A stretch of 64,000 nt of DNA. Source: an uncultured Gemmatimonadaceae bacterium. Its GTDB lineage: Bacteria > Gemmatimonadota > Gemmatimonadetes > Gemmatimonadales > GWC2-71-9. Position 1 is the first letter of the stretch; each line of letters opens with the position of its first letter. This document shows positions 36,965 through 46,477 of the stretch, in pieces. A program made the position numbers and the translations under genes. Location of the stretch: positions 34,789 to 98,788 of the forward strand of contig CAZFHS010000017.1 of assembly GCA_964518955.1 (NCBI GenBank), written 5' to 3'. The notes under the pieces were generated by a model. The model made no database searches. It saw nothing but the letters and a program-made list of their open reading frames with translations, and had not been told where the DNA came from.

Positions 36965-38560
36965 ATGAGCGACATCCCCTCCGCGCTGCAATCTGCGTTG
37001 CCAGACCACTATGTGCTCCAGCGGGTAGTTGGACGCGGGGGTATGGCGACGGTGTATTTGGCGTTGGACGAGAAGCATCGGCGCAACGTTGCGGTGAAGG
37101 TTTTACGACCTGACCTCGCAGCGTCGATCGGGTCCGAGAGGTTCCTCAAAGAGATCGAAATCGCTGCCTCGCTCAATCATCCGCATATCCTGATGCTCAT
37201 CGATTCCGGTGAAGCGGGCGACTACCTCTACTACGTGATGCCGTTCGTTTCTGGCGAATCGTTGCGCGATAGGCTGGTCCGCGAAACACGCTTCGAACCC
37301 TCAACGTCGATTGCCATAGCAAAGGAAGTCGCTGACGCACTCGACTACGCGCACCGGCAGGGTGTTGTGCATCGTGATATCAAACCGGAGAACATTCTGT
37401 TTTCTGAAGGCCATGCGGTGGTGGCCGACTTCGGCATCGCCAAAGCGATCATGACCGCGGGGACAGAAAACCTGACTCGGTCGGGCTTCCCGCTTGGTAC
37501 ACCGGGCTACATGAGCCCCGAGCAGGCGGCGGGTCAGACGGATCTCGGTAACCGCACTGACGTTTACAGCCTTGCGTGCGTGGTCTACGAAACGTTGGTC
37601 GGCGACACGCCAGGCATGTGGGTTCCGGAAGAGACAGTAAGAATGCGACGGTTCGTTGATGCGCCTCCAAAGCATCGCGAACTGCTGGATCTTCTGCCGG
37701 GTTCACTCGAGCAAACGCTCGTCCAGGCAATGGCGCTCCGTCAAGAAAGCCGCTACGAAACACCCGGCAAGTTTGTGGAGATGCTCGAGTTGAGTCTTGC
37801 CGGTGGCCCACGCTTCGACGAAGCCCACGCGAAGCAGATCGTTGCACGTGCCGCGGAAATTCAGGCAGCGAAACGCACGGAAGAAGAAGGGTACTCTCTG
37901 GGGGGAATCCAGCAGGTCGCGGCTGAGGTGGGTATCCCGCCTGAGCAAGTCGACGAGGCGCTCGATGCACTGAACAACGTTACAGGTGGGCTCGTACATG
38001 GCGGAATCATGGGGGTCTCTGAGAAGCTGGAGCTGGAGCGGTTTGTGGACTACGAGATCTCCGAGCCCGACTATGCGGTATTGCTGGAGGAAATTCGCAT
38101 TTCCCTAGGGGAGATAGGCAACATCAACGAGACTCTTGGAAATGCACTCTCATGGAGTTCGCCACCGCAAGCGACCGGCAGGAAGGCACAGATCCTGATC
38201 AGTCCAAAGGCTGGCCAAACCCGCATTAGAATCACGGACGACGCAAGTGTTTCCAGTGCGATCGTCATGATACCAATATCGGCGGTGAGCCTCGTTCTCA
38301 TCGGGGTGTCCGGAGCTATCCTGGCCGAAGGCTTTGGCGTCTCGACGCTGCCGACCGTTTTGTCGGCGCTCGGGATTTCGGCCACGTTCTTCACCACATC
38401 CTACTGGCTGGCCCGACGATCGACGGCGAAAGAGATGAAGAAACGGCTGACTGTTGTCGCTGGCCTGATGGACCGGCTAGTCAACTACGTCCGCGACCGG
38501 GGCAATCGCAGACTGCCGCCGAAACCAGACGCTCAGGACCCCTCGCACACAGTCACTTAG
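36965..38560 (+). CDS. Ser/Thr protein kinase (Hanks type) with a C-terminal membrane-anchored domain
   Basis: GRGGMATVYLA, VAVKVL, HRDIKPENILF, DFGIAK, GTPGYMSPEQ. Two C-terminal TM segments (AIVMIPISAVSLVLIGV..., LPTVLSALGISATFF). Confidence 0.9.
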   Translation: MSDIPSALQSALPDHYVLQRVVGRGGMATVYLALDEKHRRNVAVKVLRPDLAASIGSERFLKEIEIAASLNHPHILMLIDSGEAGDYLYYVMPFVSGESLRDRLVRETRFEPSTSIAIAKEVADALDYAHRQGVVHRDIKPENILFSEGHAVVADFGIAKAIMTAGTENLTRSGFPLGTPGYMSPEQAAGQTDLGNRTDVYSLACVVYETLVGDTPGMWVPEETVRMRRFVDAPPKHRELLDLLPGSLEQTLVQAMALRQESRYETPGKFVEMLELSLAGGPRFDEAHAKQIVARAAEIQAAKRTEEEGYSLGGIQQVAAEVGIPPEQVDEALDALNNVTGGLVHGGIMGVSEKLELERFVDYEISEPDYAVLLEEIRISLGEIGNINETLGNALSWSSPPQATGRKAQILISPKAGQTRIRITDDASVSSAIVMIPISAVSLVLIGVSGAILAEGFGVSTLPTVLSALGISATFFTTSYWLARRSTAKEMKKRLTVVAGLMDRLVNYVRDRGNRRLPPKPDAQDPSHTVT

Positions 38561-38600
38561 ATTCCCGCACCATTCCCCATTCCCCATTCCCCACCCACCG
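38561..38600. repeat. Heptamer micro-array ATTCCCg(cacc)ATTCCCC ATTCCCC ATTCCCC ACCCACC, filling the 48-bp convergent spacer; G-quadruplex-prone on the minus strand
   Basis: Read directly. The minus strand reads GGTGGGTGGGGAATGGGGAATGGGGAATGGTGCGGGAAT, with at least four G3-4 tracts and loops of 3 nt or less. Confidence 0.7.
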
Positions 38601-38608
38601 CTCACTCA

Positions 38609-39298
38609 CTACCAATCACACCCTACCGCTTTCGTGAGGAAACGCATGAACGGAGTAGCTGCCCGAGCTGTCTTCACATAGCGTTCCAAAAAGTCGGGCA
38701 AGAAGATCTCATCGACGTCGAAGGGCGTTATCGCGACGAAGTCCTTCCTCTTCAAGTCGTCGATCATCGGGTGATCCGGATCGTATCCCTTGGGTGCGCG
38801 CTTCAGCGATTCACCTGCGAGTTCGTAGTTCGACTTGAACGTCTTGCCCGTTACTGCGCGTTTCCATTCTGCCTTGTTGTCGGCGATGGAGTCACGAATC
38901 TCACTGAGTGCAGTTGAATCAGGATGCCATATTCCTACGCCGCCGAAAACATTGCCGGGTTCTAGATGTAGATAAAACCCTGGTGTATGCACGTCCTTGC
39001 CGGCCTCGTGCCGGAATTGCACCGCTGCCCAAGTCTTGTACGGACTCTTGTCTTTCGAGAAACGAGTATCTCGGTGGATACGGAATATCGAACCGCCATT
39101 CTTTCGCGGGTCTGCGAGAAAATACGGGCTGATCTTCTTCAGTTTGGGCCCGAAGTCGACCACAAATCGGGCTAGCGGCTCTCGCACTTCCTGCTCGAAT
39201 CGTTTCTTGTTTGCGGTGAACCACTCGCGATTGTTGTTCCGCTTGAGCTGCCGCAGGAAGGTCATCAATTCTGGGCCGAAATGAGGTTCTTTGGGCAT
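38609..39298 (-). CDS. DUF2461 (TIGR02453-like) family protein
   Basis: ORF 38609..39484. Start moved to ATG 39298 (MPKEPHFGPELMTFLRQLKRNNNREWF). Motifs IFRIHRDTRFSKDKSPYKT, PGFYLHLEPG. The extension upstream of 39298 is translated low-complexity repeat. Confidence 0.8.
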   Translation of the reverse strand: MPKEPHFGPELMTFLRQLKRNNNREWFTANKKRFEQEVREPLARFVVDFGPKLKKISPYFLADPRKNGGSIFRIHRDTRFSKDKSPYKTWAAVQFRHEAGKDVHTPGFYLHLEPGNVFGGVGIWHPDSTALSEIRDSIADNKAEWKRAVTGKTFKSNYELAGESLKRAPKGYDPDHPMIDDLKRKDFVAITPFDVDEIFLPDFLERYVKTARAATPFMRFLTKAVGCDW

Positions 39299-39364
39299 GG
39301 TCGGGCCTGCGTGTCTGAGGTTGGAGGTTGTGAGTAATGATAATGCAGGAGGGAGGTTGCAGGA

Positions 39365-39452
39365 GAGGGAGGGGAGGGAGGGGAGGGAGAGGGGTGGCGA
39401 AAGGCACGGTCTTATCTCCCGCTCCTCCCGCTCCTCCCACCTCTGCCCTCCT
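39365..39452. repeat. Nonamer micro-arrays as inverted arms: G-rich arm (GAGGGAGGG x2-3, 39365-39394) and C-rich arm (CTCCCGCTC x2, CTCCCACCT, CTGCCCTCC; 39416-39451); canonical G4 motif on the + strand
   Basis: GGGAGGGGAGGGAGGGGAGGGAGAGGGG (39367-39394) has six G3-4 tracts separated by 1-3 nt. The partially complementary C-rich arm lies ~20 nt downstream. The element sits in the divergent spacer between the DUF2461 gene and glnS. Confidence 0.75.
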
Positions 39453-39477
39453 AGCTCGTTTGAACTATCTTCTAACC

Positions 39478-41838
39478 ATGACACCGCACAACGATCGAAG
39501 CCCCAGAGACGAGCCCCCCGCCTCCACCGATTTCATCCGCGCGATGGTAGCTGAGGACTTGCGCACCAACAAGCATGGTGGCAATGTGGCCACTCGGTTT
39601 CCGCCCGAACCGAACGGTTACCTTCACATCGGGCACGCGAAATCGATCTGTCTCAACTTCGGTATCGCACTCGAAAACGAGGGCGGCACTTGTAACCTCC
39701 GTTTCGACGACACCAACCCTGAAACCGAAGAGATGAAGTACGTAGAGTCGATCCAAGCAGATGTGCGCTGGCTGGGTTTTGACTGGGAAGACCGACTCTA
39801 TTTTGCGTCCGACTACTTCGAACAGCTATACGCCTTTGCGGTCAAACTGATCAAGGACGGCAAGGCCTATATCGACAGTTTGAACGAGGAGGAGATCCGA
39901 GAATATCGCGGTACTGTGATGACGCCTGGCAAGGAGAGCCCATACCGCGACCGTACGGTTGAAGAGAACCTCGACCTGTTCGAGCGAATGCGATCCGGAG
40001 AGTTCGAAAACGGCGCCCATGTGCTTCGCGCCAAAATCGACATGGCCTCGAGCAATATGCAGATGCGCGACCCTGTGCTGTACCGCATCCGTCACGCCGA
40101 ACACTACCGAACGGGCAACGACTGGTGCATCTACCCGCTCTACGACTTCACTCACTGTCTTTCGGACGCGATCGAGACAATTACCCACTCACTCTGCACT
40201 CTCGAATTCAAGGACAATCGGGAGCTATACGACTGGATAGTGCACGCGGTCGGGTTCGAGATGCCTCCGCATCAGACGGAATTCGCGCGTCTGAATCTCG
40301 ATTACACGGTAGTGAGCAAACGTAAGTTGGTACAACTAGTAAGAGATGGGCACGTGGCCGGTTGGGACGATCCGCGCATGCCGACGATTGCCGGCTTCCG
40401 GCGGCGCGGAGTGACACCTGAGGCGATCCGTGCGTTCGCCGACACGATCGGCGTCGCCAAGGTGGACAGCCGAGTCGACATTGAAAAGCTGGAACACGCG
40501 ATCCGTGACGATCTCAACATGAAGGTGCCGCGGGTGATGTGCGTGTTGAATCCCCTCAAGGTAGTGATCGACAATTATCCGGAGGATCATGTAGAGGAGT
40601 TGGACGCGCCCTTTTACCCGCACGACGTTCCGAAGGAGGGATCCCGCAAGGTGCCCTTCTCACGGATTCTGTACATAGAACGCGATGATTTTCTCGAGGA
40701 TCCGCCTAAGAGGTTCTTTCGACTCGCGCCCGGGCGAGAGGTGCGGCTTCGCTACGCATATCTGGTCAAATGCGTTGATGTGGTCAAAGATCCCCAGACA
40801 GGTGAAGTGAAGGAGTTGCGCTGCACATACGATCCCGAGTCACGGGGCGGAAAGGCGCCCGACGGTCGAAAGGTCAAAGGTACTCTGCACTGGGTGTCCG
40901 CCGATCATTCGTTGCCGGCGGAGGTCCGCCTTTACGATCGACTGTTCCTGAAACCCGATCCCGAAGCAGAAACGGGTGATGGAGACTTCACGGCCAATCT
41001 CAATCCAGAATCAATGGTGATCCTCAGCAACAGCCGCATCGAGCCTGCCGTAGCGCAGGCACCACCGGGCACGCGATATCAGTTCGAACGCTCGGGGTAT
41101 TTTTGCAGCGATGCCGTCGACTCCTCCTCAGAGCGGCTCGTCTTCAATCGAACGGTCAGCCTTCGCGACACTTGGGCTAAACTCGAAAAGAAGGGAACCG
41201 ATACGGGAAACCTGGGTGAGCGTGCGCGCGTCGATCGGAAGCGGCAGGCTGGGAAATCGAAGGAAGGGCCTGCCTCTCAGAAGCAACCGATCGAGAGGAC
41301 TCCCGACTTCAATGCCAAGCTCGAGAAGTACACCACGGTGTACGGGCTGAGCTCAGATGACGCAGAGATCATCGCAACCAACAGGGTCCTCACGTCGATC
41401 TTCGAGGGCGCGTGCTCGGCGTTTGACAAGCCCAAGACGATTGCCAATTGGGTTGTGAACGATCTTCGGCGCGAGGCGCGAGACACGCAGCTCAGTGATA
41501 TGCCGATGGATGGCGCCGCGCTGGCTGCGCTGGTGCAACTCGTAGAGGACGAGAAGATCACACGTGTCGCGGCAAAGGAAGTATTTGCCGATCTCGTGAA
41601 AAAGGGCGGCGACCCCAACGGGATCGTTCGGGAGAAGGGGCTGGATCGGGTCGTGGATCAGGCTTCCTTGGAGGCGATCGTAGACGGAGTGATAGCCGAC
41701 AACTCCGCTAAGGTGAAGGAGTACAGAGATGGTCGGGCAGGGTTGCTCGGCTTCTTCATCGGACAAGTGCTGCGGGTTAGCGAGGGTCGCGCCGATCCAT
41801 CCCTGGTGAAGGAGTTGGTCTCGAAAAAGCTGGGGTGA
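39478..41838 (+). CDS. glnS: Glutaminyl-tRNA synthetase with an appended C-terminal YqeY/GatB-like domain
   Basis: ORF 39337..41838. Start moved to ATG 39478 (MTPHNDRSP...), because the upstream residues are translated G-rich repeat. Class I motifs [14 protein letters not shown] and VVSKRKL (KMSKS-like). The GlnRS core is followed by ~190 aa ending ...[20 protein letters not shown]...[23 protein letters not shown].., which is GatB/YqeY-like. Confidence 0.9.
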   Translation: MTPHNDRSPRDEPPASTDFIRAMVAEDLRTNKHGGNVATRFPPEPNGYLHIGHAKSICLNFGIALENEGGTCNLRFDDTNPETEEMKYVESIQADVRWLGFDWEDRLYFASDYFEQLYAFAVKLIKDGKAYIDSLNEEEIREYRGTVMTPGKESPYRDRTVEENLDLFERMRSGEFENGAHVLRAKIDMASSNMQMRDPVLYRIRHAEHYRTGNDWCIYPLYDFTHCLSDAIETITHSLCTLEFKDNRELYDWIVHAVGFEMPPHQTEFARLNLDYTVVSKRKLVQLVRDGHVAGWDDPRMPTIAGFRRRGVTPEAIRAFADTIGVAKVDSRVDIEKLEHAIRDDLNMKVPRVMCVLNPLKVVIDNYPEDHVEELDAPFYPHDVPKEGSRKVPFSRILYIERDDFLEDPPKRFFRLAPGREVRLRYAYLVKCVDVVKDPQTGEVKELRCTYDPESRGGKAPDGRKVKGTLHWVSADHSLPAEVRLYDRLFLKPDPEAETGDGDFTANLNPESMVILSNSRIEPAVAQAPPGTRYQFERSGYFCSDAVDSSSERLVFNRTVSLRDTWAKLEKKGTDTGNLGERARVDRKRQAGKSKEGPASQKQPIERTPDFNAKLEKYTTVYGLSSDDAEIIATNRVLTSIFEGACSAFDKPKTIANWVVNDLRREARDTQLSDMPMDGAALAALVQLVEDEKITRVAAKEVFADLVKKGGDPNGIVREKGLDRVVDQASLEAIVDGVIADNSAKVKEYRDGRAGLLGFFIGQVLRVSEGRADPSLVKELVSKKLG

Positions 41839-41849
41839 GTCTCTGGCCG

Positions 41850-43070
41850 CTACGTGTGATATTGTTTCGAGAGCACCTCCATCATTGCTTCTGCCTGCTC
41901 CGGTTCGAGGGTGTCTACCTTGGCACGCATTTCTTTGAGGACCTTCTGCGCTTCGTGTGAATCCTCCATTTGGCGTGCCAGGCGGTGTACTCGAAAAGCG
42001 TGGTGAATGCCTACCGATCCGTGCGCAAAAAGCAGTACGGCCGCCGAAACCGGATCTACTTCTGCGAGCACCGTTAGTAGCGCCCTCAACAGCATACGGG
42101 CGCGTTCGTGGTAGGGCCCGGTATGCTTCGACGCTTCGTGCCGTGCGCGCCGCAACCGTTCGTCGTCCAGTTGTACGCGCTTATCCCGAGTTAGCTCATG
42201 CCACTGTGCCAACGCTAGTTGCCTGTGGTCACGCGCCTCTCTAGTCGAACCCAGTTGATCGTCCGTGATGACCAGGCGGCCGTTCTTGACTTGCTGCTCG
42301 TACTGTGATGGATCGTCACCGAGTCCATAGTAGTCCGGCTCTTTGTTTGTTCTCCACGGTGCAGACAAATAAAATCCGCACACGATCTCAGTGTCGCGCT
42401 CAGGCCGGTTGAGAGTGACACACGGAATGACGAGAAACTCTGTCTCCGTTCCGTCATAGTCCTGTACGTCGAGAATGACCTTTCGCGCCTGAAGCCGTGC
42501 GGATACCATGGCCGCGTAGAGAAGCCGGAATTCCGGTTCGACTCGACGATTGTCGTTCAGTGCAGCAAGACGATCCGGCCCCTCTGAAACGAACACCTCT
42601 GCCAGGTTTTCCACGAACGGCCTGGTGTCTCCTGAAAGAAGGGCATGGAGCGCGCTGCAACACCGCGAATCTGTCCCGTAGCGTTGCATTATCCCATAGA
42701 GAGGCTGTCCATCGGCCTGGTCGAGAACCCCGACATGGGAGTTCACCTTCACCACCATCAAGGTATGGACTCCGGCCCCGGCAGCTCTCGCGTAGTGTTG
42801 CTCGGCGATGCGGACGGCTCCCCAGTCGTACCGACCGCCCAGGTTGGCAATCCGAAAGGCAGATTGCTGAGCGAACTTGAGGGACGGGAGCATGTACTTC
42901 ACGAAGCACCGCTGGAAGGCGGAAACGCATTCATTCTCGGACTCGTCGGAGCAGGTGACGTGCATTGCTCCGACCGATTTCGGGTGGCGCTCTACCACCG
43001 AAAGGTGAATTGCCTGACACACTCCTTCGAGAGACCGTTCGGCTCCCACGATGTCCTTGAGCTGGTTCAT
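41850..43070 (-). CDS. Hypothetical protein (406 aa) with a Cys-Asp / His / Cys-Cys motif set; possibly an LCIB-like beta-carbonic-anhydrase fold
   Basis: ATG 43070 is preceded by GAAGAGG. Motifs HVTCSDES (C40), ANLGGRYDWG, KVNSHVGV (H112), SRCCSALH (C137/138). The C-terminal ~120 aa are helical with one hydrophobic stretch. The family assignment is a guess from memory. Confidence 0.6.
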   Translation of the reverse strand: MNQLKDIVGAERSLEGVCQAIHLSVVERHPKSVGAMHVTCSDESENECVSAFQRCFVKYMLPSLKFAQQSAFRIANLGGRYDWGAVRIAEQHYARAAGAGVHTLMVVKVNSHVGVLDQADGQPLYGIMQRYGTDSRCCSALHALLSGDTRPFVENLAEVFVSEGPDRLAALNDNRRVEPEFRLLYAAMVSARLQARKVILDVQDYDGTETEFLVIPCVTLNRPERDTEIVCGFYLSAPWRTNKEPDYYGLGDDPSQYEQQVKNGRLVITDDQLGSTREARDHRQLALAQWHELTRDKRVQLDDERLRRARHEASKHTGPYHERARMLLRALLTVLAEVDPVSAAVLLFAHGSVGIHHAFRVHRLARQMEDSHEAQKVLKEMRAKVDTLEPEQAEAMMEVLSKQYHT

Positions 43071-43223
43071 ACCGCCTCTTCCGGGATGGGTCGTTTACCA
43101 GCGGTTGCCGATGTTGCTCTCACGACTCATGAAAGATACCGCTGCGGTCCCCCTTCCGGGTTCCCACGCGGCCTGCCATATTCGCAGCGCACCCACAAAA
43201 CCCTACAACAAGTGAGACACACG

Positions 43224-46200
43224 ATGATTTCTGCGAGTCGCGTTCTTTTCTTCGTCGCGCTTTTGAGCGTTTTGAACATAAACCCGGGGTCGTTTTTGAC
43301 GGCGCAAGAACCGCCCGTCGATCCAACGCTCTTTCAAAGCATGGAATGGCGCAATATTGGCCCCTTCCGCGGGGGGCGCTCCGTCGCAGTAGCTGGAGTA
43401 AAACAGGACCACCTGACTTACTATTTTGGTGGAGTAGGCAGCGGAGTTTGGAAGACGACGGATGCAGGCATCACGTGGGCGAATATCTCGGACAAGACGT
43501 TTGGAACCACATCGGTAGGAGCTATTACTGTTGCTGAATCGGACCCGAATGTCGTGTATGTCGGGATGGGTGAACACGCCATCCGTGGCGTGATGACCTC
43601 GCACGGTGACGGCGTTTATAAATCCACGGATGCCGGACGGACCTGGCAGCACATGGGGCTGGACAACACCCGCCACATTTCCAGTGTGCAGGTCCACCCG
43701 GGCGATCCCGACCTAGTTTACGTCGCTGCTCAGGGTGCCGCGTACGGTGACTCGGAAGATCGCGGCGTATATCGATCCAAGGACGGTGGTGAGAACTGGG
43801 AGAAGGTGCTGTATGTGGACAGCACATCCGGGCCAAGTTCCCTCAGCATGGATATGAACAACCCCCGGGTGCTCTATGCAGCGATCTGGGATCACAGAAG
43901 GTACCCGTGGCAGGTTCGGAGCGGGGGACCGGGGAGCGGCATATACAAGACGACAGATGCCGGAGATACCTGGGAGAGGGTGAACACAGGGTTGCCGGAA
44001 CTGATGGGCGACATCGGAGTAGCCGTGTCTGCTGAATCCGATCGCGTGTACGCAATCGTAGAGGCAGATCCCGGTGGCGGGCTCTATCGCTCGGACAATG
44101 GTGGGAAAAACTGGCGGAAGCTCAACGATTCGTGGGCCATTCGGGCGAGGGCATGGTACTACACGCATATCACGGCGGATCCGAGCAATCCCGACGTGGT
44201 TTGGATCCTGAACGCGCCTGTGTCGAAGTCGATTGACGGTGGGAGGACGTTCACGCGCGTAGGTACTCCCCACGGAGACAACCACGATCTCTGGATCAAT
44301 CCTCAAAACAGCGACTACATGATCAACGCCAACGACGGCGGAGCCAACGTATCGCTGAACGGCGGGGCGACCTGGTCAACCCAAGAGAACCAACCCACCG
44401 CGCAGTTCTACCGAGTGAACACCGATAACAGGTTTCCCTATTACGTGTACGGTGGACAACAGGACAACTCGTCCGTCGCGATAGTGAGCCGGGCTTCTGG
44501 TGGAATCGGGTGGAAGGATTGGTATGCAACGGCAGGATGCGAGACTGCGTACTTGGCATTCGATCCGGACAATCCCGTGTTGCAGTATGGTGGTTGTTAC
44601 ATGGGGCAGATCGCTGAGTTCGACGAACGCACGCATGGCGATCGTAACGTGATGGCATACCCTCACCTGCCTGCTGCGCTGGCGTCTCGTGACATGAAGT
44701 ACCGGTTCAACTGGAATGCGCCGATCGTTGCTTCATTGCACGACCCCAACGTCATCTACCATGCGTCAAACATTCTCCTCAAGACAGAGAATCGCGGCGA
44801 ATCGTGGGTGGAAGTGAGCCCCGACCTCACCCGCGACGACGATGCGAAACAAGGCCCTGGTGGCGGACCCATCACCAATGAAGGTGCCGGTGGCGAAATC
44901 TACGGCACGATCTATTACGTGGCCGAATCTCCCCACGACCCGCGGACGATCTGGGCTGGAAGTGACGACGGCCTCGTCCACGTGACGCGAGACGGAGGCG
45001 CAAATTGGGAGAACGTGACACCTGAAGATGTCGGTGAGGAGATAATCAACTCCATTGAGGTGTCACCGCACGACCCTGCGGTTGCATTCCTCGCTGTGAC
45101 TGCATACAAGTTCAACGACTTCACGCCACACTTCTACAGAACCGACGACTACGGCCAATCGTGGGATCGCATCGTCGAAGGCATAGAGGCCGACGCCTGG
45201 GCCAGAGTCATTCGAGAAGATCCGAAACGCCCGGGGCTGTTGTACGCTGGCACTGAGGCCGGGATGTACGTCTCCTGGGACAGCGGAGATAACTGGCAGT
45301 CGTTGCAGCTCAACATGCCGCTCACGCCTATCACGGACCTCAAGGTGCAGGTGTGGCACAACGACTTGGTCGCGGCGACGAGCGGGCGCGCGTTCTGGAT
45401 ATTGGACGACCTTTCTCCACTGCAGCAATTCGATGGCGACCCGTCAGAGGCCGCGGGGCTTCTGAATGAACCGCGACCCGCATACCGCGTGGCAGGTGGC
45501 GGCGGATTCAGCATGCCGGGTAGAACGGTAGGCAAGAACCCGCCAAACGGAGCCGTCGTCGATTTTTACCTCTCGGAAGTGCCCGACTCGGCCGCTGTGA
45601 ATCTGGAATTCCTGAACTCGGCCGGCGATGTGGTGAGATCTTTTTCATCCAAGCTGGGCGAGGGCGAAACAGATTCGTCTTCTGTGCTCAAACTGAAAGC
45701 AGGGCACAACCGATTCGCATGGGATTTGCGGCACGAAAAGGTCAACCCCGTTCCTGGCCTTTACGTATGGGGTACGCTACAGGGGCACAAAGTCGTGCCA
45801 GGTAGTTACGAGGTTCGATTGTCCGTCGGTGAGGACGTTTTCACTCAACCGTTGGAAGTGCGCGCCGATCCACGAATAGATGCCACCACGAGTGGATTCC
45901 AGGACCAGAGCGACCTGATGGTCGAAATTACGCGCGAACTCGAGGAAATACATGAAGGCGTGGTGAGCATTCGCTCAGTTCGAGAACAGGTTGAAGCTCT
46001 GGTGAATCGGTTGGACAAGCAGGAGGGACACGACTCCATCGTGTCCGTTGGGAAAGATCTCATGGAGGGCCTGACTAGGTTGGAAGACTCTCTCGTTCAG
46101 AACAAAACGGTCGATGGGCAGACGGTTATCAACTTCCCGTCACGCCTAAACTTCCAGTACATCTACCTGCGTGGCGCGGTAGATGGTGCGGAGGGGCGTG

Positions 46201-46349
46201 TTACTGAGGGCGCCCGACATCTTCTCAGGGATCTCTCGACCATATGGGCGACTTATAGGGCTGAAATGGAGACTCTGCTCGGCCGGCGGCTCGAGGAGTT
46301 CAACTCGCTGGTGCGCGTGGAAAACGTACCGGCCGTCTTGATTCCTTGA
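43224..46349 (+). CDS. Secreted sortilin/VPS10-like BNR (Asp-box) repeat protein, paralog of 20388..23639
   Basis: ORF 42645..46349. Start moved to ATG 43224 (MISASRVLFFVALLSVLNINPGSFLTAQ). WRNIGPFRGGRSVAVAG, then Asp-box units TTDAGITW, STDAGRTW, SKDGGENW, TTDAGDTW, SDNGGKNW, SIDGGRTF, TRDGGANW. Confidence 0.85.
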   Translation: MISASRVLFFVALLSVLNINPGSFLTAQEPPVDPTLFQSMEWRNIGPFRGGRSVAVAGVKQDHLTYYFGGVGSGVWKTTDAGITWANISDKTFGTTSVGAITVAESDPNVVYVGMGEHAIRGVMTSHGDGVYKSTDAGRTWQHMGLDNTRHISSVQVHPGDPDLVYVAAQGAAYGDSEDRGVYRSKDGGENWEKVLYVDSTSGPSSLSMDMNNPRVLYAAIWDHRRYPWQVRSGGPGSGIYKTTDAGDTWERVNTGLPELMGDIGVAVSAESDRVYAIVEADPGGGLYRSDNGGKNWRKLNDSWAIRARAWYYTHITADPSNPDVVWILNAPVSKSIDGGRTFTRVGTPHGDNHDLWINPQNSDYMINANDGGANVSLNGGATWSTQENQPTAQFYRVNTDNRFPYYVYGGQQDNSSVAIVSRASGGIGWKDWYATAGCETAYLAFDPDNPVLQYGGCYMGQIAEFDERTHGDRNVMAYPHLPAALASRDMKYRFNWNAPIVASLHDPNVIYHASNILLKTENRGESWVEVSPDLTRDDDAKQGPGGGPITNEGAGGEIYGTIYYVAESPHDPRTIWAGSDDGLVHVTRDGGANWENVTPEDVGEEIINSIEVSPHDPAVAFLAVTAYKFNDFTPHFYRTDDYGQSWDRIVEGIEADAWARVIREDPKRPGLLYAGTEAGMYVSWDSGDNWQSLQLNMPLTPITDLKVQVWHNDLVAATSGRAFWILDDLSPLQQFDGDPSEAAGLLNEPRPAYRVAGGGGFSMPGRTVGKNPPNGAVVDFYLSEVPDSAAVNLEFLNSAGDVVRSFSSKLGEGETDSSSVLKLKAGHNRFAWDLRHEKVNPVPGLYVWGTLQGHKVVPGSYEVRLSVGEDVFTQPLEVRADPRIDATTSGFQDQSDLMVEITRELEEIHEGVVSIRSVREQVEALVNRLDKQEGHDSIVSVGKDLMEGLTRLEDSLVQNKTVDGQTVINFPSRLNFQYIYLRGAVDGAEGRVTEGARHLLRDLSTIWATYRAEMETLLGRRLEEFNSLVRVENVPAVLIP

Positions 46350-46477
46350 TAGGAACTTGTCTGCGGGCTCCCTCTGGCGGCCCGTTGCGTATATCGTACA
46401 TTAGCAATTGGCGCGGGATCGCTTGCACGAGGCTTTCGATCCCCGCCGTCGGCTTGGCATGAAAGACGGTGATCTGA

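Noticed and set aside
35561-37078. Very long (505-aa) minus-strand ORF spanning the MTHFR gene and the start of the kinase gene
   Set aside because: It lies opposite two genes with unmistakable domain motifs and crosses their intergenic gap. Its composition is Arg/His/Gly-rich with no motifs, which is typical of an antisense open frame in GC-rich DNA.
38561-39452. CRISPR array or coding low-complexity protein as an explanation for the short repeats
   Set aside because: The units are only 7-9 nt, directly tandem with no spacers, and total under 40 nt per array. That is far from CRISPR geometry (about 24-48-nt repeats with similar-sized unique spacers). The peptide translations ([15 protein letters not shown]) arise only in spurious 5' extensions.
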